Shown piece by piece: positions 36,340 to 48,700 of a stretch of 64,000 bases of DNA. Each line of letters begins with the position of its first letter. The first letter of the stretch is position 1. The stretch covers positions 682,001 to 746,000 of the forward strand of contig NW_026250414.1 of NCBI RefSeq assembly GCF_024521635.1. The letters run 5' to 3'. Under the pieces are notes generated by a model, which was not told where the DNA came from, did no database searches, and was given only the letters and a program-made list of their open reading frames with translations. The translations under genes and the position numbers were made by a program. The stretch comes from Tricharina praecox. Taxonomy: Eukaryota.

Positions 36340-37922
36340 CGTGTGGGTGCGTGGGTGGGTGTGGTTGAGGGCGGTGGTTGAGGGCGTGGAAGAGTGGTGG
36401 ATTTCCTCCGTTCGATATACTGTAGATACCCCTTCTTTCTTTCCTGGATCCAGGTAGTGGAGAAGGTACGGTACTGTAGCTCACCCTCCTTTCAGTGCCT
36501 TACGCTGCGATGCTCTGCGGCGCCAGGATCGTGTCGTGTCGAATCGTGTCGAATCGCGAGGGTGGCCGCGGTCAGGGGTAATCGTACGTAGGTGGAGGTA
36601 AGTAGTAGTAGTAGCAGTAGTAGCGGCAGTAATAGTAATCCCCCACAACTCGTATGTAACGAGAGCAGCGAGAAGAAAAAACAAAGGGGTTTATTTTCTT
36701 CCTTCGTCGATGTTGGTAGGTCGGTTGGTTTGCTGGTCTACTGGGTGTGTCTCGTAACTGGGTATTGTCTTGTCTTGTCTGGTCTGGTCTTGTCTCGTCC
36801 GTGTCCGTGTCTTGTGTGTCTCTCTCGATAGATGGGATAGGTAGGTAGCGAATCACGAATTCCTCAGCAATAGCAACGGCTCGAACAACGGGCAGTCGAA
36901 TTTAGGTAGATGAGTGAGTATGCAGAAGAAGATCAGATCAGAGAAGGAAAGAAAGAAAGAAAGAAAGAAGGAAGAAGGAGCAGCGCTCCATCCCTCCCTC
37001 CTTCCTTCGCTCATCCCTCTTTCGCTCCCTTACCCCATCGCTCCATCCCTCCATGGCCCTCGCTCCATCCCTTCGCTCCCCCTGCCCTGCCTGCCCGGTC
37101 GGTCTCCGCAGACTTTCTACTCACCCACGCACGGACCCGGAACGCGCTAGTCAGCTTAGCAAAAGCTCGCAACGAAATTGGGAAAATTGGAGCCAGTGGT
37201 GGTGCGCTGCTGTGCTGAGCGGTGATGCGCTGCGTCACAAGATCCGACTGGTCTGTGCCGGAACGGGGCCGGTTGGGGCGTTGAGCGACATAGAGACGGA
37301 TGGATAGATGGAGAGGTACGGGGAAACATCATCCCATCCCATCCTCATCAATACCCCAGAATGCCTCATCGCATCGCACATCACCGCATCGCATATCATA
37401 CGTATCATCACATTGCATCGCATACTCCTGCAGCTGCTGTTGGGGTACATATCACCACCACCATTACTACTGGAGGAGGATGCACACTGCACAGCGCGAA
37501 TGGCTGTTTCGCATAGAGTACCTATGCTAACTGCCTACGACTGCCCCACATCCTGCGTCCATTCGTCATAACCAATCCATTTCCGAAAGATCCTTACCTC
37601 TACTACCTATACCGACCAAGTACATACATTCTCTCCCGCCCTCGTCCCCACGCAAACAGATGCCAATGTTCAAACAGATGCAAAAACAGATGCAAAAACA
37701 ACAACGGAAACAAATGACGAGCAACAAGTAACTACAGAGTCCAGACTGCAACTGCACAAACACGAAGATGCGATACGATATGCTACGAAACACTCCCCCC
37801 ACCAGGAAAGCAAATCCATCGATCCACCACCTACCTAACAAACCTAACACACCTAACAAACCAGCGGACAAAGCAGAAGCGGAAGCGGAAGGAGAAGTCG
37901 ATATATGTTCTCAAAGGTTTCA

Positions 37923-37952
37923 TTAGTAGTAGTAGTAATAGTAGTAGTAGTG

Positions 37953-38022
<70 letters not shown>

Positions 38023-38032
38023 CAGCAGCAGC
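37923..38032. repeat. (TAG)n microsatellite grading into (CAG)n
   Basis: Read directly; lies just downstream of the vps9 stop. Confidence 0.97.
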
Positions 38033-38072
38033 TGTAGCGAATAGTGATAACTAAAGTACTCGATTCCAGAAT

Positions 38073-40703
38073 TCAAGAAGTGCACAAAGCCAAACACGCA
38101 TCCACTGCCGCGCCGACCCTATTTATGGACATCAGCATACGCCCTACCACGAACAGTGCGGGGAAAAAAGAGGAAAACTCACTGTCCCTTCTTCATATTG
38201 ACGACGTCACACACGACGTCCCTATCGAGGTCCGGGAACATGCGCATGAGCGTTTCAACGACGTGCTCATACTCCATTCTGCCAATTCTCGCAGCCTCTT
38301 CAGTTTCAGCGCTAGCCTGTCGTGCCGCCGCCTCCTCGGCAGAGAGTCTCGCGTTGCCCCCGTCCAATCTCCTGCGGGAGTTTTGCTGGTGGCGCCGTCC
38401 GCCGACGGCGGTGAGCAGTGCGTCGTCCGGATCCGGGTTCGGCGAGTGTCGCGGGGTGTTCCCGGGCTGCGGGGTTACCGCGGGCCCGCCGCCGTGGGAC
38501 GAGGACGACCCGTCGTCGGTGAAGATGCGGCCGATGGTGGTCAGGGGCTTCTGCAGGGTGCGCAGGAGGCCTGCAACGGCCGCCTTCTCCTCGCCGGCGC
38601 CTTCGGGGTCGGTGTTTTCCCGTGAGGGCCGGGTGTCGCGCTGCTCTGTGGATCTGCGCGGCTTTGGCGGTGGCGACGGAGGCGGCGGGCGCTCGGCTAT
38701 CTCGGCCACCGCGGCTTCGACGTTGCGCTCGAATTCTTCGGCGGAGATTGTGAGGGAGGCGCGGTCGAGGTTCTCGATGAATTGGATCGCGCCCATCTAT
38801 AGCGGTCCCGAGTGTCAGCTCCACCATGCGATACCGCACCGCACCGAGCCGTTTCCTCATACCAGGGAACTGAGGTAGTAGCCCGCCTCGCCCGAGAGCT
38901 TGTCCGGGTTTCGGAACCGCAATATGTACTGCACATTGCTGACCAAGTGCTCCGGGTTCGCGCGTAGCACGACGTAGATCAGGAGTGGCACAAACTTGTC
39001 CGCACTCTCCTCGCTCTTCGAGTGTCGCAACAACCCTGTGGCACAAGCGTCAGTTCGCCATGTCCCGGAAGCCGGTAAGTATGGAAGGACGGACCAAAGA
39101 TCACTTTGCAGCAGTTGAGAACACAGATCACCTTGTCCCTCGGCGCTCTATAGCTGCCCATCTTGAGCATCTCCTTGACCGCCAGATCCAGAAACCGTCT
39201 ACCGCCCTCGCCGCTGACGGTATCTCCAATATCAAGGTGTTCCTCGCGCACCCACGAGTATATCCGCACCTTCTGCGCGAGGATACTATCCCTCTCGACA
39301 TCCTCCTGGTGCTGACCCCGTCTGCCGGGGAACCGTTCGTCGAAGCGCGCCTTCCCGTCGTGGAGCGGGATCTCTGGCGAGAACGTCTGCGTGTACAGGC
39401 GGTTCATGACGAGCTTCTCCATGCCTTCCATTGCGTTGTCCATCTCGCCGTCGCCGACCTCGCGCCACACCTCGCACAGATCCATCTTGGCATATATGAA
39501 GGTCAGGAAATCACGGATGATCTTGACCTGCTCGTGCACCATCCACTGCTTCTTCGCGAACTCCTGCAAGAAGCTCCGGAGAAATTTCGCGACTGGGTCG
39601 GCTGAGCGGTGCCGTAATTGCGATAAGAACCGGTGGAAGTCGAACGGTAGATCCTCATCGGGCGGCGGGGGTCGGTGCGGTGTGGCTTTGTTGCCGGATA
39701 TACTGCTTATGCTGCGGCCTGAATGTGTCTGTGCAAGCGGCGACTTCTCGGATAGCTCACTGCCTTCTGCAGCTGGTGGTGGAGGCGAATAATCCGGCTC
39801 GTTCCCGGATTCTGCCGATAACGAGGAGCTTCGCGGAGGGTGTAGAGGCGGCGATGCGATCATTGGAGAGCTCACTGACGAGACCGATGGGATGCGCTGT
39901 AGCTGCTCTCCCGACATCGATGCGCGATGGCTCTTCTCGAACAGATCGTGGATCACCGATTGCGTCCCATCGTTTTCGTCGTCAGATGACGGCTGTGACT
40001 TGCCTGCGGTGGTGGCACCCCCGAACGCCACACTCAGCCCGGGCAGAGGCGAGCTCGGTCGGCTAGGATGCGGCGTGACGGGCGGCTGGTCGAGGTAGAT
40101 GCGGCCATTGGGAGAAACTTCGGACAATAGAGAGCTTTTCCGAGGTAGGTCCTTGGGGGGTAGATCCTTCGGCGGCACATCTTTCGGCGGCGGAGAAGGA
40201 GGAGGTGGAGATGCGACCAAGGGCTTCAGAGTTGGGTCCTTTACCGGTGTTGGGGGGCGGAAATCATCCGGTTCGACAACACTCGGCGTCAAGTCAGCGT
40301 TGGCAGGGGGAGGCGCGATGGCGAGGGTTGAAGCTAAAGCCGACAACTCCGAGTCTGTGTTTGCGTCTTCCCGTAGAGCTGGAGGTGGAGTGCGGATGGC
40401 ATCCCAATCCTCGTCCGGAGATGACGACGCGGGGCCGTCCGCGTTGCTGGGGAGCTTCCCCACCTCGTCCGATGTCGGTGTTTCAGCCTCTACCGACGTG
40501 ATCAAAGACACGGTCAGGTCCACGCCCTCGTCCTTTCTCTCCTCTCCGTCCTCCTTTCCCTCCCGCTCCTCGACATGGCCGCCGTGCAGCTCCTCCTTCT
40601 TATTGGACGCGTGGTCTCGTGGAGGCGTGGTGGCCGTCTCCACCAGGATGTCGGGCGAGGGCAGCGGGTCGGACTGAGCGACCATCTGGGCGAGCGACGA
40701 CAC
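38073..40703 (-). CDS. VPS9: Vps9 Rab5/Vps21 guanine-nucleotide exchange factor with C-terminal CUE domain (4 exons)
   Basis: [82 protein letters not shown], and [16 protein letters not shown]. The last exon [14 protein letters not shown] ends at 38073. Confidence 0.96.
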
Positions 40704-41851
40704 TACGAACGCCGGAGCTCGAGGGGAATGGACGGTAGCGGGGTAGATAGTCGTGGGTAGTGGATGATGTGCGGCTGAGTGCGTTGTCTCGTCTCGGGGA
40801 AGGTAGGTTATTCTTCGTCTTCGCTTCGGTCTGGACGGGGCTGAGTTGTTGTTGGTTGCTTGGTTAGTTTACCTGGATTCTGGCCTCAACGACCACCGCT
40901 GCTGCCATCGAGGTATCGTCATGCTAAGCCCACCCACCCCCCTCCCTCGCTCGCTCGCTCCCGCCACCCACCCACCCCCTTCCCATTTACCCCCATCCAC
41001 GTGCAAACCGTTTCCGGAACTTGCCGCAATCGAAACGTTTCGGGACATCGATGGGGCACTCGATCGCCGTCATTTTCCGCGATCGCGAAATCCAGATAAT
41101 CGGGACGACGAAACCGAGTCGTAACTTGGGGTCTCGTCTCGACCGTTTTCATCTGACGCAAAGGGAGAGAAATGCCATCCATCTTCATCTGCGATAGATA
41201 ACGCGTAAAGTACAATACATTATGTACCCGCGATCCACCGTCCACCTTCTCTACTGAGCAGCGCAGCGCGGTGCGGTGCGGATGACTCGCATCGCTGACG
41301 TTGATTGCACATACATACATACAGCATTCTAAACTGCATGAAATCGTATAAACAGCCTCATCGGCCCCACGAGGCTTCGAATGTAGCCAGCGCGCGGTGA
41401 TGAATTGGGAAGGAAGGACAACGGCAGAACTCGTCGCCGAAAATCTGCAGGAATGGGTGGCGTCGAGTGACCTGCCATGGACGACGAAATGGCTTGCGGG
41501 TGCTCTGATGGCCGTCAGAGGCCATTCACACTGTGCGAGCTGTGATGTGGTTTCTGTTTTGGAGCGTTTTGCTTGTCCGCATCGCGATACTTATCGATCT
41601 CGCGAACATCCCCTAGCGAAGCACTAGCTATACATAGTAGAGCCCGCGAAGAAGGAACTCTTTATTCTCCACAGCATGTAGATGGCAGGTATCCAAAGAA
41701 GTATCTGTTCCAAACCCGAACGCCCTACCTATGTACCGTATCCCATTTTGTGCCCAGCATCCGTACCTAGGTAGATATCCCCACATTGACATCCCGGCGC
41801 GAGCCATCCTTATCCAAAGCCAACATTATCCGCGTCCAAAAGCCCTCGATG

Positions 41852-42494
41852 CTATTGCGCCTGCGATTGCAAGGAGACCTGTGTGATCCTCTCCCCACCC
41901 AGCCTTAGCAATGTACCCTTCAACGTCCCGTCGGTATCCAGCTGTTCCACGTCGTCGCCGCCGCCGATGCTCTTCCCGTTGACCAATACATTCTGCCGCG
42001 CCCCCATTAACCATTAGCCCTTATCCACCATCCACCCTTCACCCTCCACCCTTCACACGCGCATTCGCATAGGGAAAACCAACCGGCACCGTCCCCCTTC
42101 CCGTAACCACCTCTAGCTCCGCCTGCAACTGGGCGCCATTATCTCTCAAATCGAGCTCTACAACGTACGGCGCAGGCACGATGCTGTACTTGTCGAGCAG
42201 CAGGGCCTTGGCCTTCTTCGAGTAGGGGCAGTAGCTCTTCGAGAACACGACGACGGCGTTAGCCTCCAGCAGCGTGAAGATCTCCGCGCGCGCTTCGGGG
42301 TATACCGCTGCGGGCAAGGCGGGCACGACAGGCTCCGAAGAGGAAGAAAGCCGCCCCCCCGGTGAGGTCACGGAACGTAGTGTACGCATGTATGGGCTCT
42401 GCGAGGATGAGGTGTAGTATGTTAGGAACAACGTCAGCCCCAGAACCGACATCAGCGCGACGAGGAGGGCTTTGGTGCGGCGCGGGGAGGGCAT
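41852..42494 (-). CDS. Monothiol-type glutaredoxin with N-terminal membrane anchor (Grx6/7-like), 2 exons
   Basis: Hydrophobic N-terminus, FSKSYCPYS, PYVVELD, and GRGTVP-[intron]-NVLVNGKSIGGGDD. Confidence 0.92.
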
Positions 42495-43799
42495 CGCGAC
42501 GGGCGAGTGGGCGAGCGAGCGTGGTGGTGGGCGGCGGTGGTGGTGGTGACGGTGGTGGTGAGGTGAGGTGGTGAGGTGTGGTTGTTGAGCGAGGACAGAG
42601 TGGAGAAGTCAATCTATCGCTGCAGTAGGTATGGAGGGTACCAGGTGTTTTTGACTTGTATGTAATTTGACCCCTCCCGTCCCAAACTCCCTCCCCCCCT
42701 TCCCCCTAAATCGCTAGTGCGTGCGGGCCGGCATGTATAGTACTCATACATAGCGGGACGCGATGCGTTGGTGGAGGCGGAGATGTCGCGTCTAGAGTGC
42801 CGTAGGTACCCAGCTTCCGTCGTGTTCCTCGATTGATGTTTCGGCATCTCGTTCGTGATAGTTATAGTAACACTTTCGTACGCGGCGCGGCGCGGTCATT
42901 CTATTCTCTCTCTCGCCCAGTCCCGCGGTGGACCGTGGTTCTCGGCGGCTTACCTACTTTACACGGGCTTCTGGAAGTGCCCAGACACCTAGACACCTAG
43001 AGTAGATATTATTCCGAAGCTCCCGAAGCTCCCGCTCGCACTGCGCTGATCGACGACTTGGCTATGCCGCAGTGCCGCTCTGGGTACCTGGATGAATGAC
43101 CGCCCACTGCGCCCAGGAGAGCGAGACCGGGATGACTAAAGGGCAGATATGAGGTAACTATTCAGGGTTGTTTGGACTCTGGACTCTGGACTGTGAAGCG
43201 GAAGTAGGCGGTGGGATCATGTCATCAATAGGTTGAGTGCCTACACCCGAGCCGGAGGCCGACGATTCTCCAGCGTTCTTCAGAGCCGGACAGACAGTTT
43301 ATTCGTCACTCGTGAAGAAGTATCATGTGGTGGCTCGATCTTGTAAACTCAGCGGACGATTTACTTTCAGCTGGGTAGATAAACCGTAGGTTAGCTTACC
43401 GGTAAGTCTGACCCTGATCAGCGCCGTTTTCGGATTTACCAGGTCCAACACTCCAACTGACTAACAGTAACAACCAGTCAGCACCTAGCGCAGAATACGG
43501 GTACCAACATCGCAGTCGTTCCTGACGTTTTACACCAGCTGTCGCGATAATTTTGCAGCATCATACAGTCTCCCGCGCGAGTTGGGTGCGGGGCTTCGGA
43601 CTCGCGGTCTTGCGAAGACAAGAGAGCTTCGAATCTATGAGAATAAGGATAGAGTACATAGCGACAACAAAAATCCCCCAGCCCCAACTACCTATATTAG
43701 GTATGCGTAGTCCGCGGTCGAGACTCGAGACCAGAACTTACCAGCGGCAGCGAGACGGCGCTCGACCGGGCCGGCCGAAGCGGGGGCGACATACTCTAT

Positions 43800-44010
43800 G
43801 TAGAAGCCATGGTAACACTGGGTAGCGGAGACGAGCCCGTGGGACGCCTATGTCCTCAACCTACTATATATTCTAGTAGAACCGATAACTCAAGTTCTAG
43901 CCGGCTAGTTACTTCGAAGCTGCGCTTTGCAAATTGCCATAGAAGCCATGGTAACACTGGATAGTTAACACTGGGTTAGAGTAGCGGAGACGAGCCCGTC
44001 GGACGCCTAT
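43800..44010. repeat. Local direct repeat, two copies of about 50-70 bp
   Basis: TAGAAGCCATGGTAACACTGG...GTAGCGGAGACGAGCCCGT(G/C)GGACGCCTAT at about 43801 and 43940. Confidence 0.85.
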
Positions 44011-45741
44011 ATATAACCCAGCCGGCTGCTTTGAGCCTGTGCGTGCGTGTTCGAACTTCGAGCTCCGTCCACGAGTGAATCGGCATTTTAACCTTATTTG
44101 GGCTGACGCAAGCCCTGGAATGGCTTGCGCGGAAGACTGGAAGAGTTGGATCATACCGCCTCACCTGTTGCAATTCTACAGCGAGTCGGTGGTTTGAAAA
44201 TTGCACCTGCTGACTGGGCGGCTGCCACAACTATGGAATAGTTATGGGGTAAATGTGAGGGGGTATGGCTAAACGAAACAAGCGGACATAGTGAAGTGAA
44301 CGGAGGCAGATCGGCGAGTGGCGGGGACGGTGGAGGAGTTAAGGCGGCCGGCGTCGTTACATCTGTACGTAGAGCTTTTCTTGGTACGCCTCTCTCCTTA
44401 GTGCGCTCTACATCTTCACATCTCCTGGTGGACTGGGGGACTGGGGGACGAGGCTACCTACCACACTGAGCCGGTTCTCTTGAGTCTTGACTGTAAACAA
44501 GAACGAAGGAATGATATGCCACCACAGCCCAGACTCTACTCTAATCTACTCCAGATAGGCTGAATGCGAACATCACAAAAAACAAAGACGCCGAGGATCA
44601 GTCCAAACTTCAGCGGACGATCTCCCGCACCCATACGCGATACCTTGGCAATGTATTTCACACGAAGAATCGTACATACATATCCAGTACATGCTATAGC
44701 ACATAGCCAACCCGACTTGACTTCGAACCGCACGCACGAGTCGCGCCCGACCCGCCGTGACCAGATGGGAGACATAATACCGGTAGATATGTTGTACGGG
44801 TTCAGGCCGTCATCGTGTCCTGCCTCGCGGAGGAGAGCCCGCGCGGTAATTGGAGTGGTTCCTAGGTGGACGACTGGAGAGATAGTTAGATAGCTAGCAT
44901 AGCCACGATGGATTCACGGCTAGGTATGTACGTAGGTAGTGTATGTGGGTGATATCGAAACCCAAGCGGAGTCTCGCCGAGCTGCTGGAGTTCCGCGCAG
45001 TAGGTAGCTGCGTGCTGGTCATTTGTTTGTATACTACACTCCGTCTAGCGGTTATTCGTACGCCTAATATGTAGTTAGTTCTGCCTGTTGAACAGCTAAA
45101 CTCGTGGTTGACGCCGCCTCTTACTTGACAACTACTATTAGTAGTAGACGCACTCCCCACTAAGCGCCTATCCGAAGCTATCAAGCGCCACCGGTGTACC
45201 TAGTTAGATCCCGCGTAACGGGAGCCGCGGCTCCCAACCGTACGTACGCCAATTGACCCCGATTGTGACCCCCCAATTGTGATTTGCTTGGAGGACTGGC
45301 CAGCCAATATCGACATCACCGCCTTGCATACTCTGTTCGCTGGGGCATAGGTAGTCGGCATACGAATCACGCCGGTTGAACAACTTGAACTGGTATCGCA
45401 GTAGGACGAAGACACGCCGAGCGATGGTTCGCCTGATCCGAGAGAACATGTTTCCCTGGAAAACGGAACTCTCGCCGCTCACCACTCACGAGGCCAAGTT
45501 GGTTGCAGCATAGCCCGACGAGATGCTCTGGACCGAGTACACTGTAGGTACACACGACAGAATATCCACAGTCCAAGATATCAGGCGTCTACTCCCGCGT
45601 AACTTCGTCGATAAATACCCGCCGCCCACCGTCCACATCGATTGATCGACTCCATCTCCGCAGCAGCACGCACACAGACACACACACACACACATATATA
45701 TATACACAATCTCTCACTCGTCCCTCCACGCATCACCAAAG

Positions 45742-46131
45742 ATGCGCCTCCTTCCCGTCCTCCTCAGCGTGCTAACGACCGCCGGTGTCGCCTCCGCCGC
45801 AGTAGAGATCGGGCGGCCTTTATTCTCCGCCCTCCCAGACGCGCCTGGCTGTCCGCGGTGGTGGACGCCGCACGGCTGCGCGGGCACGCAGTCGCACACC
45901 ACGCTCGAGACGAGCTACCGACCTACCGCGACCGCCACGAGCACCCGCGACCCCGTGCCGGAGCCGAGCTCGTCCAACACTGTCAACTGGTCGGACGATA
46001 TCACGCTGGAGCTGGACGATAATGGCTGGGTGTGGGCGGGCATCTCGGTCGAGCTGTGGGAGCACGTCGTTAAATTGGTCAATGCGTGGATCGGAAGGGG
46101 GAATGCGGGGTTTGTGCCGCCGAAGTTTTAG
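45742..46131 (+). CDS. Putative small secreted protein, 129 aa
   Basis: Signal-peptide-like MRLLPVLLSVLTTAGVASA, good ATG context (AAAG-ATG), TATATATA about 45 bp upstream, and GC-rich codon usage. Confidence 0.6.
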   Translation: MRLLPVLLSVLTTAGVASAAVEIGRPLFSALPDAPGCPRWWTPHGCAGTQSHTTLETSYRPTATATSTRDPVPEPSSSNTVNWSDDITLELDDNGWVWAGISVELWEHVVKLVNAWIGRGNAGFVPPKF

Positions 46132-46637
46132 CGCGGCGAGAGGGAGGGAGAGCGTGTGTGAATGATGTGGTTGGGTGGTGGTGGTAGGCGGGAGGGCGGT
46201 CTTGGTGGTGAGGGTATGCGGGACGGAGGGGTGGAAGGCGGTCGTTATGTACTTTGATGTGGTTGCAACTTGCTTGGGTAGTTAGCTTCGGTCGTCGTGG
46301 AGGAAATATATCTGTTTTTCGCTGGTAAATACCTGCATGATCGAACGTGAGTGACCATCATGTGGAGCGGGCGAGCGGGTGAGCGGGATAGAGCTCAAAC
46401 AGCCAGACTGGCACGCCCTCGTCAACAGAGGTCAAGAATCAAGATCCCGGTGGCGGAAGATACCGTATGTGCATATCGGTATTGCTATGTACGCCGCAGC
46501 TGCACCGACGGGATCTGCACGGGAATCTCGTGCCGCAAATTTGCATCCATCGGGACATGGGTATTGTCGGACGACTCCTCCAGGTGCGGCTCTTCTCTCC
46601 CCTAGGTACCGCCGCTTTACCATGTTTCCAACATACC

Positions 46638-46925
46638 TTTGTTTTCTCCTGTTTAATCATTAATTGCTTGCTTGCGACATATCCGGATCATGGCAATACC
46701 TACGGTACACACTCCGTCTCCTAATCCACAATTTACCGTCCAACCCAACTTCCGGCGTCCGCCACGCGGCCTGATGTGGCATTGTAGCTTCTACTGCCCT
46801 CCGCTGCCCTCCGGGGTCCGCCCTGGCCTTTCCCAGAGACTCATAGCTACAAGTAGAGTGAACTAAGAAGAAGTCCGCTCCTCAATCCTCACTCGGCCTC
46901 GGGCCCGCCCCCTACCTCTCCATCA
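46638..46925 (-). mobile_element. Diverged copy C of the dispersed retroposon family
   Basis: GTTTAATCATTAATTGC...GATCATGGCAATA, CGGCCTGATGTGGC, TCCGCCCTGGCCTTTCCCAGA and GCCCGCCC...ACCTCTCC are collinear with copy A. Confidence 0.65.
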
Positions 46926-47889
46926 AGCTATACCCCAAAGGAGAGCGTGCGGGGAGAAACAACGGGAGTGACCCCAGTCCCCGGGCTCGATCCCGGTCTC
47001 GATCCCGGTCCCCCAACCTCAACCTCAGCGCGCTCTTTCTCCTTCTCTCGGCTACTCACCGACTGTACAACACATAGGCTGTCTCTCTTCCCGCTCGGAC
47101 GTCTCGGACGTCTCGGTTGCAACTTGTTACTTGTCGCACCGTCTCCAGCAGGGCCTATCTAGACTATACAAGCTGTCCAGGCTGTCCACACTAGTCGTGA
47201 CAGATCCTGCGTACGTATGCACTCTCGTTTCTTTCCGTGGTCTGTGATCCGTGGTCCGTGGCTAGAGGTCGGATGTTGCGAGAGGCGTGCTGGCCCGCCC
47301 ACTCGCCCGCCCGCCGAGGGATACGGGATCATCGAGGGAGAGCTCAGAATCAACACCCATCAGTCCACTTGGCTCCCCAGTGGGCACTGGGAGCTTAGTA
47401 CCACGAAGCAGTCTAAGCTTGTGCTGTGTTTCCCTCGGCGTCCATCACGACCGGTGATGTACCTAGCCGGACCCGTGGCGGGTAAGGGTAACTATTGGAT
47501 TTCCAGAAGATAAGTAAGAAGAGGACGGGTTCGCTTATGCTTTTCATTGTACGTACTGTATAGTCAAGTGGGGGTAAAAAAATATGCTAGTGATATCGTA
47601 TCAATAAGGTCAAAATACATGTTTTTATGCCCCGATACGATATTAATATGCGTCCTGCGTGAAACAAGCGTATTCCCCCCTGCTCCTGCTCCTCATCCTG
47701 CTACTCCACCTCCTGCTCCTCCTCCACCTCATGCTCCTCCTCCACCTCATGCTCCTCCTCCACCTCCTGCTCTCCTGCTCTCCCGCTCTCCCGCTTCCTC
47801 ATCCTCCCTTCCCAACTCCCTCCGGCCTCCACCCCGGCATCTTAGCACACATTCAACATTGAATGCATCCTGTAGGCTGTAGCGCACGA

Positions 47890-48700
47890 CTATAGAACAC
47901 TGAACTGGTGGTAGCGTGGAATGCAAGATGTTGCGGCATCCGTTCGCGGCCAGCCGCAACCGTAGATGTCGCTGCCGTGTATCGTGTTGACGTAGTCGAC
48001 GACGTATACCTTCAGTGCCGGGTCTTGCCTGCAATCGAAGTCGAAGTGCCACCTTTCGTAGCCTTTCTTCTCGCACTTCATGCACGCGCGTTGGATGAAG
48101 ACAGGGGTCTGGTCCTTTCGTAGGTAGGATGTCTCCATCTTATTTGTCGCTGGATTCAGACGTCGTCGCACTGTTGCCTTCATATTCGCGAGGCATCCAT
48201 TCGTGGTCAGCCGCAATCGTAGATGCTGTCTCCGGTGCGGCTTGTGAAGGCGAGCTGCGAGGCCATAGCTGTGGACTTGGCCGCTGTCAGCAGTTTTCGA
48301 GCAGTAATCGTCAGGACCAGTACCATGAGTGGTATGGGCCACGAGAAGGTAAGGACCAGAGGTGGTCTCTGTGAACATATTTTGAAGTGGTGCTGCAGCT
48401 GTATCTGTAGCTGCTGTTGGTGAGTTTCCGGTCGGCAATAGTGAGAACGGAACGGAGGGAACGGGGTCGGAGCTCACCTGAGGCGGTATTGCTACCTACT
48501 ACAACCAGTGTTGCAGTGGGAGTTGTTCGCGGCGAAGCTTGTGATGAAGCTAGTAGTCGTGCGAACGGCCGCTGGGTTCTTGGTAATGTGGGCCACCGTC
48601 CACGAGAAGGTCAGGAGCGGTCTCTGTGAACACAGTTTTGCGAGCGGTTCGTTGACCAACACCCCCCCGGACGAGAGGCGGGATCTAGAGGAAACCACAC
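47890..48700 (-). mobile_element. Probable degenerate retrotransposon gag-like relic with internal duplications
   Basis: CCHC-like knuckle RACMKCEKKGYERWHFDFDC. Duplicated segments at about 47935/48191 and 48335/48590. Confidence 0.4.

Noticed and set aside
34072..36484. Many overlapping alternate-frame ORFs within the hydrolase gene (similarly in vps9, the kinase and rad10)
   Set aside because: Expected shadow ORFs in GC-rich coding sequence.
37831..38097. Poly-Leu ORF
   Set aside because: Translation of the (TAG)n microsatellite.
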